Shown: positions 26,785-35,420 of the stretch, in pieces
Numbering within the stretch: the first letter of the stretch is position 1
Layout of the letters: the number at the start of each line of letters is the position of its first letter
Assembly: GCA_030834695.1 (NCBI GenBank)
Contig: JAUQXK010000097.1
Coordinates: 24,823-88,822 of the forward strand
Origin: Desulfobacterales bacterium
Lineage (GTDB): Bacteria > Desulfobacterota > Desulfobacteria > Desulfobacterales > SpSt-501
Direction of reading: 5' to 3'
DNA: 64,000 nt
The notes under the pieces: model-generated
Seen by the model: the letters and a program-made list of their open reading frames with translations, nothing else
What the model was told of the DNA's origin: nothing
The model's database searches: none
Program-made: the position numbers and the translations under genes

Positions 26785-27759
26785 ATGCTGATCCTCGGTT
26801 TACAGGGAAGTCCGCGCAGGAAGGGCAACACGAATTTTCTTCTTTCCACCTTCCTGCAGGCGGCGGAGCGGCGGGGCGCGGTAACGCAGACCATCCAGGT
26901 CGCGGAGCGCAACATTGTGCCCTGCAAGGAATATGTCGTCTGCGAGAAAAAGGGCACTTGCCCCATCAAAGACGACATGGCCAGCGAAATCTACGGGCTG
27001 CTGCGGCAGGCGGAAATCGTCGTGCTGGCCTCGCCCATCTTTTTCTACAACATGACCTCCCAGCTCAAGGCCCTGGTGGACCGCTGCCAGACTTTCTGGG
27101 CGCGCAAGTACCGGCTCAAACTCAGCGACCCGCTTAAGCATACGCGCCGAGGGATTCTGCTCGGCGTCGGAGCAACCCGTGGCAAGAACCTCTTCGAGGG
27201 GTTGCAGTTGACCGCCAAGTATTTTTTCGATGCCATCGATGCCCGCTATGAAGGCAGTCTGGTTTACCGGGGGATCGAGAGTGCGAAGGATCTGGTCAAC
27301 CACCCAACGGTTCGGGAGGAAGTGGAACAGTCGGTGGAGGCTCTGATGGCTCCGTATGCTGCGAGGAAAAAGGTGCTGTTCCTGTGCCGCCAGAACGCCG
27401 GCCGCAGCCAGATGGCCGGCGCCTTCGCCCAGCACCTTGCCGGTGACAAACTGGATGTGGCGACCGGCGGCAGCCGGCCGGCGGAAAAACTGAATCCCGA
27501 TATGGTGTCCGCCATGGCCGAGAAAATGATCGATCTGGCTTTTCGGACCCCTCAGGGGATCGAAGCGGCCCTGGCCAACGGTCAACCAGATGCGATTGTC
27601 ACCATGGGGTGCGGCGAAGAATGCCCGCTGGTTCCCGGAGCCCTGCACCAGGAATGGGACGTGCCGGATCCTTCCGGCCAACCGATAGGGGCCATGCGCC
27701 AGATCCGGGATGAGATCGAATCCCGCGTTAAAGAGTTGATAACCACCCTGTGCGGATGA
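26785..27759 (+). CDS. fusion: NADPH-dependent FMN reductase / iron-sulfur-flavoprotein-like domain + LMW-PTP/ArsC-type arsenate-reductase-like domain
   Basis: The N-terminus MLILGLQGSPRRKGNTNFL...ASPIFFYNMTSQLKALVDR is flavodoxin-like, with C-x5-C-x5-C. The C-terminus KKVLFLCRQNAGRSQMA carries the CX5R(S) P-loop plus GCGEECP and DPSG. Confidence 0.8.
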   Translation: MLILGLQGSPRRKGNTNFLLSTFLQAAERRGAVTQTIQVAERNIVPCKEYVVCEKKGTCPIKDDMASEIYGLLRQAEIVVLASPIFFYNMTSQLKALVDRCQTFWARKYRLKLSDPLKHTRRGILLGVGATRGKNLFEGLQLTAKYFFDAIDARYEGSLVYRGIESAKDLVNHPTVREEVEQSVEALMAPYAARKKVLFLCRQNAGRSQMAGAFAQHLAGDKLDVATGGSRPAEKLNPDMVSAMAEKMIDLAFRTPQGIEAALANGQPDAIVTMGCGEECPLVPGALHQEWDVPDPSGQPIGAMRQIRDEIESRVKELITTLCG

Positions 27760-27788
27760 TATGAACCTGTAACGTTGAGGGAGCGCCC

Positions 27789-27992
27789 GTGTCAAAACCC
27801 GAAGACATGTATCAGTGCCAGACCGTCAACTGCGGCTACATCTACGACCCCGATCGCGGGGACCGCAAGGGCAAAATTCCCAAAGGGGTCCAATTCAGGG
27901 ATCTTCCCGACCACTGGGTCTGCCCGATATGCGGCGCCGGCAAAAAGATGTTCAAACCCCTGGCCGGGCCGGGCTCGGCCCATGAGGCTTAG
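27789..27992 (+). CDS. rubredoxin with atypical C-x4-C first knuckle
   Basis: GTG start. [18 protein letters not shown]...[12 protein letters not shown]. The first pair is CQTVNC (C-x4-C) instead of CxxC. Confidence 0.85.
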   Translation: MSKPEDMYQCQTVNCGYIYDPDRGDRKGKIPKGVQFRDLPDHWVCPICGAGKKMFKPLAGPGSAHEA

Positions 27993-28105
27993 GGGCAGAC
28001 GCCGGCCGCTGACAGAACGTCGACCATTTAGCCGAGCTTCGAGCGAAATCGGAATAGAAACTGAGAAGCAACACTCTGATTCCAAGATTCCAAAGGAGGA
28101 GAACG

Positions 28106-28267
28106 ATGGCGAAATATGTTTGTCAGGTGTGTGGTTACGTTTATGACCCGGCGCAGGGCGACCCGGACAACGGTGTTGCACCCGGAACCCCCTTCGAAAA
28201 ACTTCCGGACAGCTGGGAATGCCCGGTGTGCGGCGCTTCCAAGGCGGATTTTGCCAAAGAAGCCTGA
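28106..28267 (+). CDS. rub: rubredoxin (canonical, 53 aa; below the ORF-track size cut-off)
   Basis: Hand-translated: [53 protein letters not shown], stop TGA 28265-28267, AAGGAGGAG RBS at 28092-28100. Confidence 0.9.
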   Translation: MAKYVCQVCGYVYDPAQGDPDNGVAPGTPFEKLPDSWECPVCGASKADFAKEA

Positions 28268-28294
28268 AGCCGTATTCTGGATCCGGCGACGGTT

Positions 28295-28344
28295 GATGCC
28301 CTTTGCTTTCAGCCTTGGAGCTGAAGAAAAGGGCATCGCCTTTT
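28295..28344 (+). terminator. rho-independent-type terminator after rubredoxin
   Basis: GATGCCCTTTGCTTTCAGC...GCTGAAGAAAAGGGCATC imperfect long stem followed by GCCTTTT. Confidence 0.55.
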
Positions 28345-28453
28345 GGCTCGCCCCGCGCAGGCAACCGCATTCGGCCGGCCGCGAGCGGACAGCCGTTGCC
28401 GACTGGTCTTTGATGATTAATTTCAACCGGAGTGAACCATCCGGATACACGCA

Positions 28454-29722
28454 ATGAGGAAAAAAATGGACCCTGTTCAAATTGCCCCCGGAGTATACAG
28501 CGTGGGTGTCAGAGATTGGAATATCCGGGACTTTCACGGCTATTCCACCGATTTGGGAAGCACTTACAACGCGTTTCTGATCGTGGATGAAAAAATCGCG
28601 CTGATCGACTCGGTCAAAAAGCAATTCGCCGACCAACTGATCGACAACATCGCCCGCATCGTCGATCCGCGCAAAATCGACGTGGTGATCAGCAATCACA
28701 CCGAGCTCGACCATTCCGGGAGCCTCGCCCGCATCATGCACCGGGTCGGTGAAGACAAACCGTTGTACTGCTCGAAAATGGGGGCGAAAAACCTGGCCCG
28801 CCATTTCCCTCAGCAGTGGAATTACCGCGCCGTCGGCTCGGGCGAAGAGCTGAAACTCGGCAGACGCACCCTGACTTTTCTGGAAACCCGCATGATCCAC
28901 TGGCCGGACAGCATGTTCTCCTACCTCCGGGAGGACGGCATCCTCTTTTCGAGCGACGGCTTCGGCCAGCACTACGCCGGCCCGGAGACCTTCGACGACG
29001 AGATCGGGGACCGGATCATGGTCCACGCCAAGAAATACTTCGCCAATATCCTGCTGCTCTATGCGACCCATATCGAAAAGCTGATCCGGCAGGTAGCCGA
29101 CATGAAGCTGAATCTGCGCATGATCTGCCCGGACCACGGGGTCATCTGGCGCCGCGATCCCGGCAGGATCGTCCAGGCCTATCTCGATTGGTGCCGCCAG
29201 GAGCCGGAGCGAAAGGCGGCTGTGATCTACGACACCATGTGGCACAGCACCGAGAAGATGGCCGAGGCCATCAACGCGGGGATCATGGCGGCGGGCGTGC
29301 CGTCCAAGCCGATGCATCTGCGGTCCTGGCATCGCAGCGAAGTGATGACCGAGGTTTTTGACGCTCGCGCCGTGGTCGTGGGTTCTCCCACCCTGAACAA
29401 CGGCTTGTTTCCCACGATCGCTGATTTTCTTTGCTACATGAAGGGCCTCAAACCGAAGAACAAGATCGGAGCGGCGTTCGGCTCTTACGGATGGAGCGGG
29501 GAGGCCGTCAAACTGATCGAGGGCGAGTTGACCGACATGAAGATCGAACTCGCCCAGCCGGGACTGCGAACTCAGTTCGTTCCCGAAAAAGCGATACTGG
29601 ACACCTGCCATGAATTCGGATTCAAGATCGGCCAGGCCGTAGCGGCAGCTCCCGGTGCCGGCGCGCGGGCGGCTGTCGGATCGCCCGGGCACAGCCGGAC
29701 GGCGCTGAATGAGCTGAAATGA
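28454..29722 (+). CDS. roo: flavodiiron protein (rubredoxin:oxygen oxidoreductase / NO reductase type)
   Basis: 422 aa (alternative start ATG 28466). Metallo-beta-lactamase-like diiron motif ISNHTELDHSGS and a C-terminal flavodoxin domain (GSPTLNNG, FGSYGWSGEA). Confidence 0.95.
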   Translation: MRKKMDPVQIAPGVYSVGVRDWNIRDFHGYSTDLGSTYNAFLIVDEKIALIDSVKKQFADQLIDNIARIVDPRKIDVVISNHTELDHSGSLARIMHRVGEDKPLYCSKMGAKNLARHFPQQWNYRAVGSGEELKLGRRTLTFLETRMIHWPDSMFSYLREDGILFSSDGFGQHYAGPETFDDEIGDRIMVHAKKYFANILLLYATHIEKLIRQVADMKLNLRMICPDHGVIWRRDPGRIVQAYLDWCRQEPERKAAVIYDTMWHSTEKMAEAINAGIMAAGVPSKPMHLRSWHRSEVMTEVFDARAVVVGSPTLNNGLFPTIADFLCYMKGLKPKNKIGAAFGSYGWSGEAVKLIEGELTDMKIELAQPGLRTQFVPEKAILDTCHEFGFKIGQAVAAAPGAGARAAVGSPGHSRTALNELK

Positions 29723-29913
29723 TGAAACGCCCCATTGTCGAACTGAGCGATTGCATACGCTGCGAGGTGTGCGTCGCGGCCTGTCCGGCGGCCTTTCGCA
29801 TGAACGATGCCGGATTCGTCGAAGTCATCGACCTGAGCGCCTACCCCGACGATGAGGTGAACGAGGCCATCCGAGACTGCCCGGCGGATTGCATCCGCTG
29901 GGAGGAAGAATAG
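29719..29913 (+). CDS. small single-cluster ferredoxin
   Basis: 64 aa. CIRCEVCVAACP...CPADCI. The ATGA overlaps the FDP stop. Confidence 0.85.
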   Translation: MMKRPIVELSDCIRCEVCVAACPAAFRMNDAGFVEVIDLSAYPDDEVNEAIRDCPADCIRWEEE

Positions 29914-29928
29914 TTTTCCAATCATCAC

Positions 29929-30669
29929 ATGGTAGAGGCGCGACAGCGAGCCGCATCGATGAAACCGGAACGTCCTGTCAGCGGGCGCGAGCTCAAACGG
30001 ATGCTGGCTGGCCTGCTGGTAGCCGATACCTTTCCGTCGTCCTTGGATGCCATTGACGGCCTGCCGGGCCGGCGGGTCGTCAATCCCTTGTTCGCGTTTT
30101 TCTGTGACACGGATGCGTTGCGGCGCTGGCGGGCCGTGACCGCGATGGGCCGGGTGGTATCCCGCCTGGCCGATGAGAACCTGGAATCCGCGCGGGTGGT
30201 CATGCGGCGCTTCATGTGGAACCTGAACGAGGAATCCGGCGGAATCGGCTGGGGCTGCCCGGAAGCCATGGGGGAATGCATGGCTCGCAGCGACCGGCTG
30301 GCCGACGAATACGGCTGCATCCTGTCGTCCTACCTGCACCCGGAGCGCAATTTCATCGAGCACCCGGCCCTGCAGGAAGGCGTGTTGTGGGGCATCGGAC
30401 GATTGGCGCAGTCACGGCCCGCATCGATGGCCGGCTGCGCGGAGTTTCTGGCGCCCTTTCTGGGATCGCCCGAGGCGGCGCTGCGAGGGCTGGCCGCCTG
30501 GGCCGGCGGACCTCTGGCCGATGCCCGCCTGACGCCGCTTCTGGGAAAACTGACGGGCGACCGCGCATCCTTCCGACTCTACCGCGGGGAACGCCTGGAG
30601 GTATGTTTCGTGGGCGAACTGGCCCTGCAGGCGCTGCGGTGGGCACCCATGAACTCTCCGGAGAAGTGA
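29929..30669 (+). CDS. helical-repeat (HEAT-like) hypothetical protein; I recall similar proteins named DVU0298 family
   Basis: 246 aa, Leu/Ala/Arg-rich helical repeats with a conserved-looking core WNLNEESGGIGWGCPEAMGE. The family name comes from memory only. Confidence 0.6.
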   Translation: MVEARQRAASMKPERPVSGRELKRMLAGLLVADTFPSSLDAIDGLPGRRVVNPLFAFFCDTDALRRWRAVTAMGRVVSRLADENLESARVVMRRFMWNLNEESGGIGWGCPEAMGECMARSDRLADEYGCILSSYLHPERNFIEHPALQEGVLWGIGRLAQSRPASMAGCAEFLAPFLGSPEAALRGLAAWAGGPLADARLTPLLGKLTGDRASFRLYRGERLEVCFVGELALQALRWAPMNSPEK

Positions 30670-30676
30670 ACCTGAT

Positions 30677-31486
30677 ATGAAATGGACCCCTGAAGCCGAA
30701 GCCGCTCTGAAACAGGTCCCTTTTTTCGTTCGCAAGCGGGTGCGGGCGCGCGTGGAGAACGAGGCGCACGATGCCGGGCGGGACAGCATCACCCTGGCCG
30801 ACGTCAAGGCCACGCAGGCACGCTACCTGTCCGGCATGCAATCCGAAATCAAGGGCTACCAGCTCGACACCTGCTTCGGCCCCAGCGGCTGCCCCAACCG
30901 GGCGGTGGTCAGCGAGTCGCTGCTGGCACGCGTCGAAACCGTGCTCAAAGCCGCCGATCTGCTGAGCTTTCTCAAATCCCGCGTGCCGGGCGATCTCAAG
31001 TTCCACCACGAATTCCGGGCCACCCTGGCCGACTGCCCGAACGCCTGCTCGCAGCCGCAAATCAAGGACATCGGCATCATCGGCGCCGCGGTTCCGGAAA
31101 CCACGAACGACGCCTGTTCCCAATGCGGCGCCTGCATCGAATCCTGCTCGGAGCAGGCGATCGCAACCGCCGATGGAGGCGGCCCGCCCCGCATCGACAC
31201 GCAGCGCTGCCTGAACTGCGGCCAGTGCGTCCGGGCCTGCCCCACCGGAACGATCGCCGAAGGCTGGAGCGGGTTCCGGGTTCAGCTCGGCGGGCGGCTC
31301 GGCCGCCATCCCCGGCTGGCGCGTGAACTGCCGGGCATCTTCAACGAAGATCAGACGATCGAGATCCTGCAGGCCTGTCTGGAGCTTTACAAGACGCGCA
31401 GCCGACACGGCGAACGTTTCGCCCATCTTTTCCAGGACAGCGACTTCGAGGATTTTTCGCACCGGTTTTGCGGCACCGATATTTGA
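30677..31486 (+). CDS. Fe-S protein: PCP-reductase-like N-terminal domain + sulfite/nitrite-reductase-like ferredoxin domain with 2x[4Fe-4S] motifs
   Basis: The WTPEAEAALKQVPFFVRKRVRARVENEA N-terminal module, then CSQCGACIESC and CLNCGQCVRACP. Confidence 0.7.
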   Translation: MKWTPEAEAALKQVPFFVRKRVRARVENEAHDAGRDSITLADVKATQARYLSGMQSEIKGYQLDTCFGPSGCPNRAVVSESLLARVETVLKAADLLSFLKSRVPGDLKFHHEFRATLADCPNACSQPQIKDIGIIGAAVPETTNDACSQCGACIESCSEQAIATADGGGPPRIDTQRCLNCGQCVRACPTGTIAEGWSGFRVQLGGRLGRHPRLARELPGIFNEDQTIEILQACLELYKTRSRHGERFAHLFQDSDFEDFSHRFCGTDI

Positions 31487-31548
31487 CACACCGATAGTCG
31501 GCGTTAGCATTTGAGCGTCACCTTCAACGACGAAAGGGGCTTTCGACC

Positions 31549-31755
31549 ATGGAGCGCAAAACGTTTTCAATCCCCAAGATCTCCTGCGGCCACTGCGTCA
31601 TGACCATCACCCGTGAGCTGAAAGAGCTGAAAGGCATTCACAAGGTGGAGGGCAACCCGCAGTTCAAGACCGTGGAGGTCGAGTGGGATCCGCCCGCAAC
31701 CGAGGCGCAGATCCGCGCGACCCTGAACGACATCAATTTCCCGGCGGCCGGATGA
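31549..31755 (+). CDS. heavy-metal-associated (CopZ-like) domain protein
   Basis: 68 aa. Ferredoxin-like HMA fold with a SCGHC metal site. Confidence 0.85.
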   Translation: MERKTFSIPKISCGHCVMTITRELKELKGIHKVEGNPQFKTVEVEWDPPATEAQIRATLNDINFPAAG

Positions 31756-32600
31756 TGGAACGCGACGACCTGCTCGTGACGGCGGCCCGGGCGTCGATCG
31801 TGGCGGGGCTGGCGACGCTCGATGTGTACCGATCCGAGATCGAAGTGGAGTACAAAGAAGATCGCTCGCCCCTCACCCTGGCGGACCGGCGATCCCACGA
31901 CATCATCGCCGGCCGCTTGAGCGCAACGGGAATCCCCGTCTTGAGCGAAGAGGGGAGGGACATCCCGCATGCGCAGCGCGGCCGCTGGCACCGGCTGTGG
32001 ATCGTCGACCCCCTGGATGGAACCAAGGAGTTCGTCAAGCGCCTGGGCGAGTTCACGATCAACATCGCCCTGGTCGAAGACCGGCGGCCCACTCTGGGCG
32101 CCATATACGTCCCCGTCAAAAACGTGCTCTATTTCGGCCGGCTCGAAGACGGGTCTTTTCGCCTGGACGATCCCGCCGTCATCGCCGCCCTGGCGGCGGA
32201 TGCCGGGCCAAGCGATGCCCAGGCCGTCCTCAAGCGGGTTCGGGCGCACTCACAAAAGCTGCCCGTCGACGTCGCAGCGCACACGCCCTACATCATCGTC
32301 GGCAGCCGCTCGCACGCGACGCCCGAACTGCACGCGTATGTCGACCGGAAGCGGAGCGAATTGGGCGACGTGTCCTTCATCTCCGCCGGCAGTTCGCTCA
32401 AGTACTGTCTGGTGGCCGAGGGCCGCGCCGACGTGTATCCGCGCCTGGGGCCGACCATGGAATGGGATACGGCCGCCGGCCAGGTGATTGCCGAGGCCGC
32501 CGGCGCCCGCGTCGCGCGGCACGACACCGGGCAGCCGCTGCTTTACAACAAAGAGGACCTGCTCAATCCCTGGCATGTCGTGACGAGAAAGACGGCATAG
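31752..32600 (+). CDS. cysQ: 3'(2'),5'-bisphosphate nucleotidase (CysQ / inositol monophosphatase family)
   Basis: Start ATG 31752 overlaps the copZ-like stop (ATGA). LSEEG and WIVDPLDGTKEFV motifs. Confidence 0.85.
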   Translation: MMERDDLLVTAARASIVAGLATLDVYRSEIEVEYKEDRSPLTLADRRSHDIIAGRLSATGIPVLSEEGRDIPHAQRGRWHRLWIVDPLDGTKEFVKRLGEFTINIALVEDRRPTLGAIYVPVKNVLYFGRLEDGSFRLDDPAVIAALAADAGPSDAQAVLKRVRAHSQKLPVDVAAHTPYIIVGSRSHATPELHAYVDRKRSELGDVSFISAGSSLKYCLVAEGRADVYPRLGPTMEWDTAAGQVIAEAAGARVARHDTGQPLLYNKEDLLNPWHVVTRKTA

Positions 32601-32682
32601 GGCAGAGAGCATGGCGCATAGAGCAAAAGAAAAATACGAAGGAAAAAGCAGCCTCCGATTATCTGGCCCAATGCTCTCGGCC
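32594..32682. repeat. GCATAGGG-type intercistronic hairpin repeat (copy B)
   Basis: GGCATAGGGCAGAGAGCATGGCGCATAGAGC, then the A-rich loop AAAAGAAAAATACGAAGGAAAAAGC..., then the partly complementary GGCCCAATGCTCTCGGCC. It starts on the cysQ stop codon. The layout relative to the mRNA matches copy A. Confidence 0.45.
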
Positions 32683-32699
32683 TCCCCTTGATTAAAGAT

Positions 32700-35150
32700 A
32701 TGTCCGACCAGACCATCACCCTGCCCATCACCGGCATGACCTGTGCCAACTGCGCGGCCACCGTCGAGCGGGTATTGAAAAAGCTTGCCGGCGTATCCGC
32801 GGCTCATGTCAATTTTGCGAGCGAACAGGCGGCGGTCAGCTACAACCCAAAGCAGACGCGCCTCACGCAGATCGTCGAGCAGGTCCGCGGCGCCGGCTTC
32901 GCCGTCCCGACCGCACGGGTCGACCTGGGGCTCACGGGTATGAGCTGCGCCAACTGCGCCGCCACCATCGAGCGCACGCTCAACCAGAAGGTGCCGGGCG
33001 TGCTTCAGGCGGCCGTGAACTTCGCCTCCGAGCGGGCGGCGGTCGAATATCTGCCCGGCGCGGTCTCGGTGCAGGACCTGATCACTGCGGTGGCCGGCGC
33101 CGGCTTCGGCGCGCTCGCACCGAGCGAATCCCCGGAGGCCGAGGATGCCGAAGCGGCGGCCCGCCGACGCGACATCGCCCAGCAGACCCGCAAGTTCATG
33201 GTCGGCCTGGTGTGCGCACTGCCGCTTTTCGGGTTGAGCATGGGGCGCGATTTCGGCCTGACCGGCGAGTGGAGCCACGCGGCCTGGGTGAACTGGCTCT
33301 TCTGGGCGCTCGCCACCCCGGTCCAGTTTTACACCGGCTGGGATTACTACACCGGCGGTTTCAAGAGCCTGCGCAACCGCAGCGCCAACATGGACGTGCT
33401 GGTGGCGATGGGCTCTTCGGTGGCCTACCTGTATTCGTTCGCCGTCCTGGTCGGGCCGAGCCTCGGCCACCACGTCTATTTTGAAACCTCGGCCGTCATC
33501 ATCACGCTCATCAAACTCGGCAAGATGCTCGAGTCGCGCAGCAAGGGCCGCACGGGCGGCGCCATCCGCAAGCTGATCGGGCTGCGGCCCCAGACGGCCC
33601 GGGTGCTCCGAAACGGCGTGGAAGCCGAAATTCCGCTGGCCCGGGTCAGCGTGGGGGACCGGGTTCTCGTCCGACCGGGCGAACGCATCCCGGTGGACGG
33701 GATCGTCCGGCAAGGCGAGTCGGCCGTGGATGAATCCATGTTAAGCGGCGAACCTCTTCCCGTGGACAAACGGCCGGGCGATGCCGTGGTCGGCGGCAGC
33801 ATCAACGGCGAAGGGCTGTTGGCCTTCGAGGCGCAGGCCGTCGGGCGGGACACGGTCCTATCCCAAATCATCCGCCTGGTCCAGGAGGCTCAGGGAAGCA
33901 AGGCGCCGATCCAGGCATTGGCCGACCGGGTGGCGGCGGTGTTTGTGCCGGCCATCATCGGGCTGGCGCTGGCCGTCTTTCTGCTGTGGTGGGCGCTGAG
34001 CGGCGATTGGGTCGCCGCGATGATCCGTCTCGTGGCGGTTTTGGTGATCGCCTGCCCCTGCGCGCTCGGGCTGGCCACTCCCACGGCCATTATGGCCGGC
34101 ACCGGCAAGGGGGCGGAGCGCGGCATTCTGTTCAAGACCAGTGAAGCGCTGGAGCTCGCGAGCAAGCTGACCACCATCGTGCTCGACAAAACCGGAACCA
34201 TCACCAGTGGAAAGCCGACGGTCACGGACCTGGTCGCGATCGCGCCGGCAGGCCTTTCAGAGAACGAACTGCTGCGCCGGGCCGCCTCCGTTGAAAAAGG
34301 ATCCGAGCACCCGTTGGGCAGGGCCATCGTCAAGGCGGCGGAGGATCGAGGGTTGGCCCTCCAGATGCCTTCCGAATTTCAATCCGCCGGCGGACGCGGG
34401 GTCCAGGGCCAAGTGGACAACAGGGCCATCGCGGTCGGCAAGGCCGCGTGGCTCGAAAGCGAGCTCGGCATTTCTATGGCGGACGCACGCGAGCGCATCC
34501 ATGCCCTTCAGTCGGAGAGCAAGACGGTGATCGCGGTGGCCTGCGACAAGGTGCCGGCCGGCTTGATCGCTGTCTCCGACTCGCTCAAAACCGATTCCGC
34601 GGAGGCGATCGGCCAGCTTCACGAGCTGGGTTTGAAGGTCGTCATGCTGACCGGCGACAATCTCGAAACGGCCCGCAGCATCGCCGCGCAGGTGGCGATT
34701 GATCACATCTTTGCCGAAGTTCGTCCGGATGAAAAGGCCGCCAAGGTCAGGGAGCTTCAAGCCATCGGGGAAAAAGTCGGAATGGTGGGCGACGGCATCA
34801 ACGACGCCCCGGCCCTGGCACAGGCCGATGTCGGCCTGGCCATCGGCACGGGCACCGACGTGGCCATCGAGAGCGCCGGCGTGATCCTCTCCAGCGGCAG
34901 CTTGAGCGGGATTCCGCGCGCCATCCGCCTCAGTCGAGCGACCCTGCGTACCATCGCCCAGAATCTGCTCTGGGCCTTCGGCTACAACCTGGTGTTGGTC
35001 CCGATTGCGGCCGGAGCGTTGTACCCCTTCGAATCCCTGCCGGTCATGCTGCGCCAGCTCCATCCGATCCTGGCCGCCCTCGCCATGGCCTTCAGCAGCG
35101 TTTCGGTCGTCACCAACAGCCTGCGCCTTTATCGGACGCCCCTGCGTTGA
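32700..35150 (+). CDS. copA: copper-translocating P1B-type ATPase
   Basis: ORF 32688..35150; likely ATG 32700. Two HMA domains ([16 protein letters not shown]), CPC motif [26 protein letters not shown]. Confidence 0.95.
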   Translation: MSDQTITLPITGMTCANCAATVERVLKKLAGVSAAHVNFASEQAAVSYNPKQTRLTQIVEQVRGAGFAVPTARVDLGLTGMSCANCAATIERTLNQKVPGVLQAAVNFASERAAVEYLPGAVSVQDLITAVAGAGFGALAPSESPEAEDAEAAARRRDIAQQTRKFMVGLVCALPLFGLSMGRDFGLTGEWSHAAWVNWLFWALATPVQFYTGWDYYTGGFKSLRNRSANMDVLVAMGSSVAYLYSFAVLVGPSLGHHVYFETSAVIITLIKLGKMLESRSKGRTGGAIRKLIGLRPQTARVLRNGVEAEIPLARVSVGDRVLVRPGERIPVDGIVRQGESAVDESMLSGEPLPVDKRPGDAVVGGSINGEGLLAFEAQAVGRDTVLSQIIRLVQEAQGSKAPIQALADRVAAVFVPAIIGLALAVFLLWWALSGDWVAAMIRLVAVLVIACPCALGLATPTAIMAGTGKGAERGILFKTSEALELASKLTTIVLDKTGTITSGKPTVTDLVAIAPAGLSENELLRRAASVEKGSEHPLGRAIVKAAEDRGLALQMPSEFQSAGGRGVQGQVDNRAIAVGKAAWLESELGISMADARERIHALQSESKTVIAVACDKVPAGLIAVSDSLKTDSAEAIGQLHELGLKVVMLTGDNLETARSIAAQVAIDHIFAEVRPDEKAAKVRELQAIGEKVGMVGDGINDAPALAQADVGLAIGTGTDVAIESAGVILSSGSLSGIPRAIRLSRATLRTIAQNLLWAFGYNLVLVPIAAGALYPFESLPVMLRQLHPILAALAMAFSSVSVVTNSLRLYRTPLR

Positions 35151-35299
35151 TCCTCATGATCTGTAACCGAACCCCGTCAATCGGATCATTAAGCGTGTCT
35201 TTCGGGACCGGATCCGTCACCACGGCGATAGGCGGCCGTCAACCATAAAAAAGTGGACATCCTCGCCGGACTTCACTATAAGCTCCATAGGAGATTGGA

Positions 35300-35389
35300 A
35301 TGAACGAGCTTCTCATCCTTCTGGTCGTGGTCGCCGTTTGGGTGTTTCTCCAGACCTACTTGCTGCCGAAGCTGGGAGTCGGCACCTGA
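35300..35389 (+). CDS. 29-aa hydrophobic micro-protein
   Basis: Hand-translated: MNELLILLVVVAVWVFLQTYLLPKLGVGT. GGAGA lies 5 nt upstream and third positions are G/C-rich like the host genes. Below the ORF-track cut-off. Confidence 0.4.
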   Translation: MNELLILLVVVAVWVFLQTYLLPKLGVGT

Positions 35390-35420
35390 ATGCGCGGCGC
35401 TTGTCAGGTGACAAGAAAAA

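Noticed and set aside
35300-35389. Interpretation of the 29-aa hydrophobic ORF after copA as CcoS/FixS (the small protein that follows FixI-type Cu-ATPases).
   Set aside because: It lacks the conserved CcoS C-terminal motif (W...GQ.DD) and is much shorter. It is kept only as an unclassified micro-ORF.
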